Below, piece by piece: positions 43,555 to 52,098 of a stretch of 64,000 bases of DNA. The DNA lies in IMG/VR virus record IMGVR_UViG_3300031964_000784, one strand, 5' to 3'. Position 1 is the first letter of the stretch, and every line of letters begins with the position of its first letter. The position numbers and the translations under genes were made by a program. This DNA comes from a virus. The notes beneath the pieces are model-generated. The model was given only the letters and a program-made list of their open reading frames with translations. It was not told the DNA's origin and ran no database searches.

Positions 43555-43752
43555 ATGGCGCGCTGCAATGGCAGGGGCTTTGATTGCTGCGATAGCTGCG
43601 TCAATGCCGAGTTCGACCCGCAAGAGTGCGAAATGTGCGAAGACGGCGACAAGTGGGTAGCGGACGACGACGAAACTTGGGATGACAGCAACGGCGGCGA
43701 AGATATGACCGTCCGTGACTTGGCGAACATTATCTTTTTGAAGGCGGCATAG
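43555..43752 (+). CDS. small Cys-rich acidic protein
   Basis: CCDSC...CEMC. Confidence 0.55.
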   Translation: MARCNGRGFDCCDSCVNAEFDPQECEMCEDGDKWVADDDETWDDSNGGEDMTVRDLANIIFLKAA

Positions 43753-44450
43753 TGAAAAAACTTCTACTCATTCTCATGATGCTGGCGACTGCGGCGCTCG
43801 TTACCGCCGACCAGGCGCAAGAGATCAAGGTCGATGGTGGCCTGATCGACTTCACTGCGGCGCCATGTGGCAACTGGTATCAATGTAACCAGCCGACGTT
43901 ACCCTACACGCTGCGTTTGATTCAGCCGGCAGTCTCAATCGGCGTCTTCACGGAAAAGTCTGACGACTGGCAATTTGGCGTTGGCGTCGGTGACGATCGG
44001 CGAGCTACGGTTGATGCGACGATCAAAGACGTTGACGGCTGCAAGGTTCTATCCAAGTGCGGACCATCCTCGCAAATGCAGGGGCAGGGAATGTACCTGT
44101 ACCGGTACGCCGAGGCGCGTCGATACTTTGGTGACGCCTTTATTGGTCTTGACTTTGTGGATTCGCGTACGACCTATTGGAATTGCAACGGCAACTGGTA
44201 CGGCGGGCAAGACTTCTCTGTTGGCCCGGTAAAGTCTTGTGTCAAGTATCAGCCCAAGAACATACCTGGCTGGGGCCTCACTGCCGGCTATGAATGGGGC
44301 GCCTGGTATGGCGTCTTTAGGGTTCTCCCCACCGCCGCAAACAATTCACAGCCAGATGCGCAGGCGCCTGGCGGAACCACTTGGTATCGACCTATCACAT
44401 CAAGTTCGATCGGCTTCTCGCCATATTTCGGCCTCGGTCGCACATTCTAA
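43752..44450 (+). CDS. exported beta-strand-rich protein, outer-membrane beta-barrel-like
   Basis: Signal peptide; aromatic-rich strands; C-terminal YFGLGRTF. Confidence 0.55.
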   Translation: MKKLLLILMMLATAALVTADQAQEIKVDGGLIDFTAAPCGNWYQCNQPTLPYTLRLIQPAVSIGVFTEKSDDWQFGVGVGDDRRATVDATIKDVDGCKVLSKCGPSSQMQGQGMYLYRYAEARRYFGDAFIGLDFVDSRTTYWNCNGNWYGGQDFSVGPVKSCVKYQPKNIPGWGLTAGYEWGAWYGVFRVLPTAANNSQPDAQAPGGTTWYRPITSSSIGFSPYFGLGRTF

Positions 44451-44457
44451 GGAACGT

Positions 44458-44682
44458 ATGGAAAATCAACACAAGAAAATCAATGGCTACCGTGACTTGT
44501 CGCAAGCTGAAATCGACGCGGTGAACAGGGTCAAGCAAAAAGCAGCCGAAGTAGGCGAGCTGATCTCCGATCTGCGCGCTACGCCTGGCCTCGACCAGCG
44601 CTGGATCAACATCGGCGCCACAGAGCTGCAACAGGGCTTCATGGCGATCACACGCGGCGTCGCCCAACCAACCACATTCTGA
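44458..44682 (+). CDS. acb2: Acb2-family anti-CBASS cyclic-oligonucleotide sponge
   Basis: MENQHKKINGYRDLSQAEID..NRVK and RWINIGATELQQGFMAITRGVAQPTTF closely match the recalled Acb2 sequence, including Y11 and K26. Confidence 0.9.
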   Translation: MENQHKKINGYRDLSQAEIDAVNRVKQKAAEVGELISDLRATPGLDQRWINIGATELQQGFMAITRGVAQPTTF

Positions 44683-44684
44683 AC

Positions 44685-45365
44685 ATGACCACCAAGATTA
44701 CCAAATCGCCGGTTGAGCAGCGCGACATCGGCTGGCTACGCCCCTACGCGCTCAACGCCAAAGAACATGACGACAAGCAGGTCAGCAAGATTGCGGCTTC
44801 AATGGACAAGTTTGGATGGATTGGCAACCCGATCGTAGCCAACCCGGCCGGTGACATCCTGGCGGGACATGGCCGCCGGCTCGCCGCACTCAAGCGTGGC
44901 ATGAAACAAGTGCCGGTTGAGATTATCTCCGGCCTGACAGAAGAGGAAGAGCGCGCATACCGCCTGGCGGACAACCGCGTCGCTATTTCCAACATCGACA
45001 CCGGCATCCTTCAGCAAGAGCTTGCCGGCATGTCCTTTGACCTGGACGACATCTTCGACAAAAAAGAGCTGGACTTCATGATCGCCGACATGGGCGCCCT
45101 CAACAGTGACGCTTTTATCGCTGACCTGGACGCGGCAGTGACCAGACAGGTTGAAGAAACGGCCGCGACACTGGCCGCCGTCGATGGAAAGCAAGTCAAG
45201 ATCGAAAAGGCGCTCGGCTTCAAGTCGATCAAAGGCAAGGACGAGCGCTATGTGACCATTTTCATGTCACAGCTCGAAGCTGAGACCGGCAAGACAGCCG
45301 CCGAAGCCTTCATCGACTTCGTGAAACACTTTACTCCAACCGATACGTCACTGGTGACTGCATGA
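44685..45365 (+). CDS. ParB/Sulfiredoxin N-terminal domain protein 2
   Basis: LRPYALNAKEH...SMDKFGW..NPIV...ILAGHGRRLAA...AYRLADNR. Confidence 0.9.
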   Translation: MTTKITKSPVEQRDIGWLRPYALNAKEHDDKQVSKIAASMDKFGWIGNPIVANPAGDILAGHGRRLAALKRGMKQVPVEIISGLTEEEERAYRLADNRVAISNIDTGILQQELAGMSFDLDDIFDKKELDFMIADMGALNSDAFIADLDAAVTRQVEETAATLAAVDGKQVKIEKALGFKSIKGKDERYVTIFMSQLEAETGKTAAEAFIDFVKHFTPTDTSLVTA

Positions 45366-46012
45366 AATACATAATCAATAAGCGATTCGAAACCAGAGTG
45401 GAGCGCACGCCGCGCGTACTGGAGATCGCCGAAGCGTTCGGCCTTGGACTAGACGCGAAGGAATTCGTCGTCTTCGATAACGTGGAGCTTGAGGTCGAGC
45501 AGGGCGATGTCGTCTATATCACAGGCGAGTCCGGCGGCGGCAAGTCACTTCTGTTGCGCGAGCTGCGCACACAGATGGAAGCCGGCGGTCTGAGCGTGGT
45601 GAGTATCGACGACACCGAACTGCTCGACAAGCCTCTGACCGAGCAGATTGGCTCTAGCACAAACGAAGGCACCAATTTCATGGGAATGGTCGGGATGAAC
45701 GACGCCCATATCTGGCTGCGCAACCCGTCGCAACTCTCGGACGGTCAGCGTTACCGGTTCCGGCTCGCCAAAGCGATCGAATCGGGCGCAAAGGTTTGGT
45801 TCGCCGACGAGTTCCTGGCCGTCTTGGATCGCACCGTCGCGGTCAACGTCGCCTTCAACATGCAAAAGATCGCCAGAACTGTCGGCGCCACGCTAGTTGT
45901 TGCCACCACGCACTCGGACATGATCGACGACCTGGCGCCAACTCTGCGCATCATCAAGAAATATCGCGAAAAGGTGGAAATCATTCGCGCGCCAGAAGGA
46001 TACAAGCAATGA
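45362..46012 (+). CDS. stand-alone ABC ATPase (non-transporter)
   Basis: GESGGGKS, LSDGQRYR signature, FADEF Walker B, ATTH H-loop; no permease gene nearby. Confidence 0.9.
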   Translation: MKYIINKRFETRVERTPRVLEIAEAFGLGLDAKEFVVFDNVELEVEQGDVVYITGESGGGKSLLLRELRTQMEAGGLSVVSIDDTELLDKPLTEQIGSSTNEGTNFMGMVGMNDAHIWLRNPSQLSDGQRYRFRLAKAIESGAKVWFADEFLAVLDRTVAVNVAFNMQKIARTVGATLVVATTHSDMIDDLAPTLRIIKKYREKVEIIRAPEGYKQ

Positions 46013-46368
46013 AGGAAATTCTGCACGCCAACGCCGGCTCGTTCATGTCCGACGTGCTGGCAACTTCGTACCTGGAGCCGACAGTCGTGATGTTTTCGAC
46101 GAGCTGGTGCGCCCCCTGCAAGATCATGAAGCCGCTGCTGGAGCGCCTGTCTGTAGAGCTGTACTTCCAGCTTGTGATGGTCAACGCGGACGCTACCGAT
46201 AGCCGCAGTTTGCTCTCGTCAGAATCGGTTCGCTCGGTGCCGACAATCATCGTCTATAGCAACGGCAAACAGGTTGGCGAACAACTGGTCGGCAACAAGA
46301 CCGCCTTCCAAGTTGCGAAATTTCTCCAAGAAAATGGCGTCATAGGGAGCCAAGCATGTTCAAAGTGA
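46009..46368 (+). CDS. thioredoxin-like protein
   Basis: WCAPC active site; VRSVPT cis-Pro motif; ATGA overlap. Confidence 0.85.
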   Translation: MKEILHANAGSFMSDVLATSYLEPTVVMFSTSWCAPCKIMKPLLERLSVELYFQLVMVNADATDSRSLLSSESVRSVPTIIVYSNGKQVGEQLVGNKTAFQVAKFLQENGVIGSQACSK

Positions 46369-46541
46369 TTTGCGACTGCGCGTGCGGCCTGGCCGCCATG
46401 ATCATCGCCGCAATTGGCATGCTACTACTTGTGGCCTACGTCGCGCGAAACCAGCCGTTTGCGCAAGAACGGTCATTCGTACCCCTCCAATTGAAGCGCG
46501 CCTCCAAGCGCAAACTGGCAAAACTAAGGAAAAGGAAATGA
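46356..46541 (+). CDS. small membrane protein
   Basis: One TM plus basic tail. Confidence 0.45.
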   Translation: MFKVICDCACGLAAMIIAAIGMLLLVAYVARNQPFAQERSFVPLQLKRASKRKLAKLRKRK

Positions 46542-46843
46542 AGATGAACTCTGATCAATTCGTATTTTGGCTTGAAGGCTTTATCGCGTCAGCTCCAGGA
46601 ATCACTCACCAGGCGCGTGGCGAGATTCAGGCCAAGATCCAGCAAATGCGCGAACCCGCCCCGTCGCCATATCCGCAAATCTCGGATCTGGTGTACCGAG
46701 GCACTGGCCGCCTGGCGGACGGGATTGGCGAGACCGCGCTGCCTGTTTTCGTTGCCCAGGCCGCTCATGAGGGGCACTTCCCGCATATTGGCACCCGAAC
46801 GATGTCCGCTATCCACGACTTTGGTCTTGGCGAGCTTGCATGA
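46538..46843 (+). CDS. hypothetical protein
   Basis: MNSDQFVFWLEGFI phage motif; ATGA overlaps. Confidence 0.55.
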   Translation: MKMNSDQFVFWLEGFIASAPGITHQARGEIQAKIQQMREPAPSPYPQISDLVYRGTGRLADGIGETALPVFVAQAAHEGHFPHIGTRTMSAIHDFGLGELA

Positions 46844-47823
46844 ACGTGGTTACTGATACCGCTGACTGGCTAATCACCCGCCACGAAGTGCCGAGGAATC
46901 ACAGCTTTTCGTTGTTGCCTGAGATTTACGTCGAGCGCGGCACCAAGGAAGACTGGAATCTGCTGCACGAGCTGCACTATAAGGCGGAAAACCTTGGCAT
47001 CGGCCCGAAAATATTCCGCTGTGTGCTGCGCGGGCAGGTAATTGGCGTGGGCGTCATGACGGTGCCAAAGATGTTGCTGTCGGGTCGCAATGAGGTATTT
47101 GCCAACCTGCGCCCCAACGCCGGCGGACGGGATACGCGCATGATGAATCGCCATAGGGCGCAATGGATCAACGCACATTCCTGCACCAACAGTCGCCTTG
47201 TCCTGGACACGGTGTTTCGTGGCGCCGGCATCGCGTACCGGATGCAGAACTTGATGATGCGCATGACTGGCTGCCGGTATGTCGAGTTCCAGTCTTCGAT
47301 GTCGAAGTTCAATCCGTTCGCGAGCAAGGCCGGTCTGCGCTTCACCAGGCCAAGACGGTCGGCAAGCTACGTCAGCGGGCTGGAGTGGTTTAGGCGCTGG
47401 TTCGTCTGCACTCCCTCCGATTTCGTAGGCGTGATGGAGGAGCTGGAGGCTTTGCCGCCGGCAGCGCGCGACAAGTGCATCGCTGAAATGCGGAAGTTCT
47501 ATTACAAGTCCAGCTCGATGGAGAAGTCAGGCGATAACCGCGCCAATGGCACTTCCAGAGTTGACGCAATGGACGTTCCGTATCTGCTCAAGTCGGTGCA
47601 GCAGCTTGTTTTCGCCAGTCCGCTGTATGGCGTCTATGAGAACCCAGACTTCGGCCGCAAAGCCCTGCCAGCTCGACTGCCGCTCATTGCGTTCGATAAC
47701 CAGTCGACCGACGCCTGGCTGGCTCTGAACGCGGCTGAAGAGCAACTGAGCGCAATTAAAGCACATACACCATTGATTGATTTGAATTGGGACGAAGATG
47801 AAGCTGACGACAAAGCAGTATGA
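46840..47823 (+). CDS. GNAT-fold acetyltransferase-like protein (ABC-ATPase associated)
   Basis: DWNLLHELHY start; NSRLVLDTVFRGAGIAY acetyl-CoA motif A; MSKFNPF..KAG. Confidence 0.75.
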   Translation: MNVVTDTADWLITRHEVPRNHSFSLLPEIYVERGTKEDWNLLHELHYKAENLGIGPKIFRCVLRGQVIGVGVMTVPKMLLSGRNEVFANLRPNAGGRDTRMMNRHRAQWINAHSCTNSRLVLDTVFRGAGIAYRMQNLMMRMTGCRYVEFQSSMSKFNPFASKAGLRFTRPRRSASYVSGLEWFRRWFVCTPSDFVGVMEELEALPPAARDKCIAEMRKFYYKSSSMEKSGDNRANGTSRVDAMDVPYLLKSVQQLVFASPLYGVYENPDFGRKALPARLPLIAFDNQSTDAWLALNAAEEQLSAIKAHTPLIDLNWDEDEADDKAV

Positions 47824-48130
47824 ACTGTTACGGGTGATCTCTGCCGGCAATGGCCCAGATGATCCGGCTGACCTGGATGAAGTTCTGGAGCGGGTGCGCT
47901 ATGAGGCTTCCAAGCCTGGCTTGCAGTTCCAGATCCGCGCACTGATCGCTCACGGGTTGATTGCCAGACGGGGGATCGTCAAGCGCAGGGGCCGGCAGCG
48001 ACAGGTTCTCGAAGCGACCAAGTTGGGGCATGACTACATGGTGACGAACCGCGTGGTTGCCGCCGACTATTCCGGTATTGAAGGCGAGGGGCTTGATGAG
48101 GAGCCGGCGCTGGTCGATCTATCTATCTGA
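47798..48130 (+). CDS. LexA-DBD-like winged helix-turn-helix protein
   Basis: LTTKQYELLRVI...LDEVLER...LQFQIRALIAHGLI; no peptidase domain. Confidence 0.7.
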   Translation: MKLTTKQYELLRVISAGNGPDDPADLDEVLERVRYEASKPGLQFQIRALIAHGLIARRGIVKRRGRQRQVLEATKLGHDYMVTNRVVAADYSGIEGEGLDEEPALVDLSI

Positions 48131-48146
48131 ACCGAAGCGGCGCTTG

Positions 48147-48345
48147 TTGGGGCCGCGATGGTTTATTGTTAAATCATCACTTATCTTGTTTTTATGTCAC
48201 TTATCTTTTTCGGTCTCAACATAAATACTAAGTACATTTATTAAGTAGTAAGTAATAAGTAGTTTACGAAAACGAAGGCGAACCCCAAGTGAAGATAAGT
48301 GACAGCTTAACAACTCGCGGAAAAGATAAGTCACGGGTGACTTGA
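48147..48345. repeat. AT-rich locus with inverted half-site repeats
   Basis: TTGGGGCCG 48147; TCACTTATCTT at 48177 and 48197; CCCCAAGTGA 48283; AAGATAAGT(G/C)A at 48292 and 48323; TAAGTA tandem core. Confidence 0.7.
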
Positions 48346-48370
48346 TTAAATCCACAAACTAGGATACAGT
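48327..48370 (+). promoter_or_regulatory. terminase promoter with operator over -35
   Basis: TAAGTCA-CGGG-TGACTTG; TTGATT-17-TACAGT. Confidence 0.8.
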
Positions 48371-48449
48371 GGCTACCTAGACGGCATGTTTCACACGCTG
48401 TTCTAACGGGTGCCCTCTCCGCACCCTTTTTTTTGGCCGAAAGGTTTGT

Positions 48450-49076
48450 ATGGCAACAAGTAAGGTAGCGCCGGCTCCATCAAAGCTGACGCCGAAGCAG
48501 TGGGCCGAAATTGAAGCGCTTTGGGAAGCCGGAACGCTCACGCTCGAAGATTTGAGCAAAAAGTACGGCAAGGCGGTGTCGACCTTCACGCGGCACTTCA
48601 AAGCGAAGGGAACAAAGCGCGGCTCGGCACTCGACGAGGCGAAGCAACGCGCGGCGGAAGCTCTCAAACGCAACGCCGCCGGCGACGCTGCGATATTGGC
48701 CGCCCGCATCTTCGAGACCAAGGACGAAAGTTACAAAATGCAGACCGCTATACAGCGTCTCTTTTGGAACGAAGTGCTGATCGCCAAGAACAACGGCGTC
48801 GATATCGCCACACGTATGCCCAATATCAAGGCGATCAAAGAGATTTCCGCCGGGTTGAGCATTGTTCGAAGCGAGAAGTTCGCCATCCTCGGACTCGACC
48901 GTCCAGATGCGACTGATCCGTCTGAGTTGCCAGAGCTGTTCGTGACCGAGTTGACCGCTCAAGAAATAAAAGAGTTACGCGACAGAGACATTACTGAGCT
49001 AGATGACATTGTGCCCGCCCAGATCGCCCTTGATGACGCTCCAGACGACGAGATAGTCGACGAGAGCGATTCGTAA
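48450..49076 (+). CDS. terS: terminase small subunit
   Basis: N-terminal HTH (LTPKQWAEIEALWEAG..TLEDLSKKYG); directly precedes terL. Confidence 0.8.
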   Translation: MATSKVAPAPSKLTPKQWAEIEALWEAGTLTLEDLSKKYGKAVSTFTRHFKAKGTKRGSALDEAKQRAAEALKRNAAGDAAILAARIFETKDESYKMQTAIQRLFWNEVLIAKNNGVDIATRMPNIKAIKEISAGLSIVRSEKFAILGLDRPDATDPSELPELFVTELTAQEIKELRDRDITELDDIVPAQIALDDAPDDEIVDESDS

Positions 49077-49077
49077 T

Positions 49078-50322
49078 ATGGCGGTGCGCAACTCGCTCAC
49101 ACTGCACACCAAGCAAATGGAGGTGTACAAGTCCAAGGCGCGCTTTCGCGTCGTTGTAGCGGGTCGTCGGTGGGGCAAGACGGCGTTGTCGCGAGTTCTC
49201 ATCATTACGCGGGCCAAGGTCAAGAAGCGCAAAATCTGGTACGTGGCGCCTACATACCGGATGGCGAAGCAGATCATGTGGGTCGACCTGCTGGACGCAA
49301 TACCGAAAAAGTGGATTCGCAAGATCAACGAGACCACGCTGACGATCGTTCTGGTCAACGGCACCCGCATCGAGCTGAAGGGCGCCGATAAGCCGGACTC
49401 ACTGCGCGGGGTCGGCGTGGATTTCCTGGTGTTGGATGAATTTCAGGACATTAGCGAGATCACCTGGACGCAGGTATTGCGCCCAACTCTGGCCGACCGC
49501 CGTGGCGAAGCCATCTTCATCGGCACGCCAAAGGCATACAACTACCTTTACGACCTGTACAAGCGCGGGCAGGACTCGATCGCTGTCGCCAAGAATCTCT
49601 GGCAGTCATGGCAGTTCCCAACCATCACGTCGCCCTTCATCCCGCTGTCGGAAATAGAGGCGGCACGCGCCGACATGGACGAAAAATCGTTCAAGCAGGA
49701 GTTCGAAGCCAGCTTCGAAACGATGTCCGGTCGCGTCTACTACCCGTTCGAGCGCGACATTCATGTTGGCAAATACGCCTTCAATCCAAAACTGCCGATC
49801 TGGGTGGGGATGGACTTCAACATTGACCCAATGTCCACTGTCATATTCCAGCCGCAGCCAAATGGTGAGCTGTGGGCGGTGGATGAGATCGTGCTGTTTG
49901 GCTCGAATACCGAAGAAATATGTAATGAGCTGGAGCGCCGGTATTGGCGCAACCAGTTGCAAGTCGTGGTCTACCCCGATCCGGCCGGCGGTTCCAGGCA
50001 GCACGCGCGCGGCGAGACTGACGTGGACATTCTGCGCGAGAAGGGCTTCAAGCGGGTCAAGTATCGCAAGAAACACCCCGCCGTTGCTGACCGTGTGAAC
50101 GCGGTCAACCGAATGCTGCGGGCAGCAAATGGCGACATCAGGATGCGCGTAGACGAGAAGTGCAAGCACTTCATCAATGCGCTTGAGCAGACGATTTACC
50201 AAAAGGGGTCTCGCGACGTGGACAAAAAAGCGGGCGTTGAACACTCGGCCGATGCGGGTGGCTATTGCGTCGAGCTGGAATACCCGGTGCGCAAGGTTCA
50301 AATTGGCGGCATTTCTCGTTAG
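49078..50322 (+). CDS. terL: terminase large subunit
   Basis: VAGRRWGKT Walker A, LVLDEF, FIGTP, GMDFN nuclease motif, HSADA. Confidence 0.95.
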   Translation: MAVRNSLTLHTKQMEVYKSKARFRVVVAGRRWGKTALSRVLIITRAKVKKRKIWYVAPTYRMAKQIMWVDLLDAIPKKWIRKINETTLTIVLVNGTRIELKGADKPDSLRGVGVDFLVLDEFQDISEITWTQVLRPTLADRRGEAIFIGTPKAYNYLYDLYKRGQDSIAVAKNLWQSWQFPTITSPFIPLSEIEAARADMDEKSFKQEFEASFETMSGRVYYPFERDIHVGKYAFNPKLPIWVGMDFNIDPMSTVIFQPQPNGELWAVDEIVLFGSNTEEICNELERRYWRNQLQVVVYPDPAGGSRQHARGETDVDILREKGFKRVKYRKKHPAVADRVNAVNRMLRAANGDIRMRVDEKCKHFINALEQTIYQKGSRDVDKKAGVEHSADAGGYCVELEYPVRKVQIGGISR

Positions 50323-50326
50323 ACTG

Positions 50327-50355
50327 TTGACATAAGTCACTGGTGACTGTATAAA
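50327..50355 (+). promoter_or_regulatory. portal promoter with operator in the spacer
   Basis: TTGACA-17-TATAAA; TAAGTCA-CTGG-TGACTGT. Confidence 0.85.
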
Positions 50356-50363
50356 GGCAAACT

Positions 50364-52022
50364 ATGGCAATTAATTCCACATACGGCAATCAGGCTCCTG
50401 ACACGAGCATCATCCCGCCTCCTGGCTCCTCGATCGTGATCGATCCGGCGGACATTGACGGCTTTGCGCCGTTGTCGGATATGTCTGGCGACCAGAAGGC
50501 GCTGAAGAACCTGATTACGCGCAGGCACCCAGAATACGACGCTTATGAAAAGCATTGGCATTTTCTGGAAGCAACGTACGAGGGTGGCCGCGAGTGGTTC
50601 AGGAAACACGTCTTCCGGTACATCAAGGAAGGCGAAATGGAGTACAAGGATCGCCTGGAGCGGTGCTATCGCTTCAACCACACCCGCGAAGTAGTGGACT
50701 TGCTGAACAAGTACCTGTTCAAGCAAAACATCATTCGCAACGAGGCGGACGCCCCCGATAGCGTCAAGCAATTCTGGTTGAAATCGACCAAGAATGGTCT
50801 TGCCATTCGCGACTTTTCGCGACAGGTCTCCAAGAAGGCATCGATTTACGGCCGCGTCGGCGTAGTTGTCGACAATACCGGCGTCAATGGCGCCATCTCA
50901 AAGGCGGACGAAAAGGCGCTCGGCGTTCGCACTTACGCATACGTGGTCGGCCCCGAACAACTGCTAGACTATTCCTATGATGCGAACGGCGACCTAAACT
51001 GGATCACGATTCAGGAAATCTCACGCGACGACCAAAATCCATTCACCTCGAACGGCAAGCAGACACCGCGCTATCGTTTGTGGACAAAGACACAGTGGGC
51101 ACTGTACGAAGAGCAGACCCAGGCGAACAAAAAGAAAGTCATTGTCGAGATCGAATCCGGCACCCATGACCTCGGCGTGGTTCCGGTCATTTTGACGGAC
51201 AACATCATTACCGACGAGGATTATGTCGCGCCAGCACTGATCGATGACATCGCATACCTAGATCGCGCGGTCGCCAATTATCTGTCGAACTTGGATGCCA
51301 TCATTCAGGATCAGACTTTCTCGCAGCTCGCGATGCCGGCCCAGAACGTATTGCCAGGCGAAGACAATTATACCAAGTTGATGGAAATGGGAACGAAGCG
51401 CATGTTCCTGTACGACGGCGAAAGCTCCACCCAGCCGTTCTACCTGTCGCCAGATCCAAAGCAGGCGCAGATGATTCTGGCCGCCATCAACAAGATCATC
51501 AACGAGATTTACCACACCGTCGGCTTGGCCGGCGAGCGAACGAAGCAAGACAACGCCCTCGGCATCGACAATAGCTCCGGTGTCGCCAAGGCATACGATT
51601 TCGAACGAGTCAATGCGCTTCTGCAAGCGAAAGCGGACAGCCTTGAGGACTTTGAAAACAAGCTGGTGAAGTTGGTAGCGTTGTGGAATGGTGAAGAAGC
51701 GGCGGTCAAGGAAGACTACGTTTCCTACCCGGACAACTTCGACACCCGTGGGCTGTATGACGAGTTCGACATCGCGGCGCGCTTGATGCTGCTGACGGCG
51801 CCAGACTCAGTACGGCAACAACAGATGGAAACCTTAATCGACAAGCTCTTTCCGCAACTGGCAAAGGATCTGAAGGCCAAGATGCTGGCGGACTTGAAGA
51901 GTTGGCCGATTGATCCGGTAGAGCAGGCGGCGGCGATGGCTGCCGCCCAGGCGCCGGATCAGCAGGCTTTAGAGAAAGAAACCGACCGGGAGCAAGCGAA
52001 GGCTACCACGTCGGGGAATTGA
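50364..52022 (+). CDS. portal protein
   Basis: Position after terL; 552 aa; RHPEY...W.FLEATYEGG. Confidence 0.85.
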   Translation: MAINSTYGNQAPDTSIIPPPGSSIVIDPADIDGFAPLSDMSGDQKALKNLITRRHPEYDAYEKHWHFLEATYEGGREWFRKHVFRYIKEGEMEYKDRLERCYRFNHTREVVDLLNKYLFKQNIIRNEADAPDSVKQFWLKSTKNGLAIRDFSRQVSKKASIYGRVGVVVDNTGVNGAISKADEKALGVRTYAYVVGPEQLLDYSYDANGDLNWITIQEISRDDQNPFTSNGKQTPRYRLWTKTQWALYEEQTQANKKKVIVEIESGTHDLGVVPVILTDNIITDEDYVAPALIDDIAYLDRAVANYLSNLDAIIQDQTFSQLAMPAQNVLPGEDNYTKLMEMGTKRMFLYDGESSTQPFYLSPDPKQAQMILAAINKIINEIYHTVGLAGERTKQDNALGIDNSSGVAKAYDFERVNALLQAKADSLEDFENKLVKLVALWNGEEAAVKEDYVSYPDNFDTRGLYDEFDIAARLMLLTAPDSVRQQQMETLIDKLFPQLAKDLKAKMLADLKSWPIDPVEQAAAMAAAQAPDQQALEKETDREQAKATTSGN

Positions 52023-52098
52023 TTTTACCAACCGTCGGCCAAGAGAATGGCCGGCATTTTTAACTTTGACCTAGAGACTGGTCAGAAAGACTTTACAA

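Noticed and set aside
42904-45365. ParB proteins as the partition partner of ParA
   Set aside because: ParA already has an adjacent RHH partner; these ParB-like proteins lack the HTH/dimerisation layout and sit in a different, operator-controlled operon.
45362-46012. ABC transporter
   Set aside because: No permease or substrate-binding genes; the context indicates a soluble nucleic-acid-related ABC ATPase.
8674-50322. Inteins or introns in RNR, helicase or terminase
   Set aside because: No C/S-start...HN-end splice motifs or LAGLIDADG/HNH inserts; terminase and RecA have ordinary lengths.
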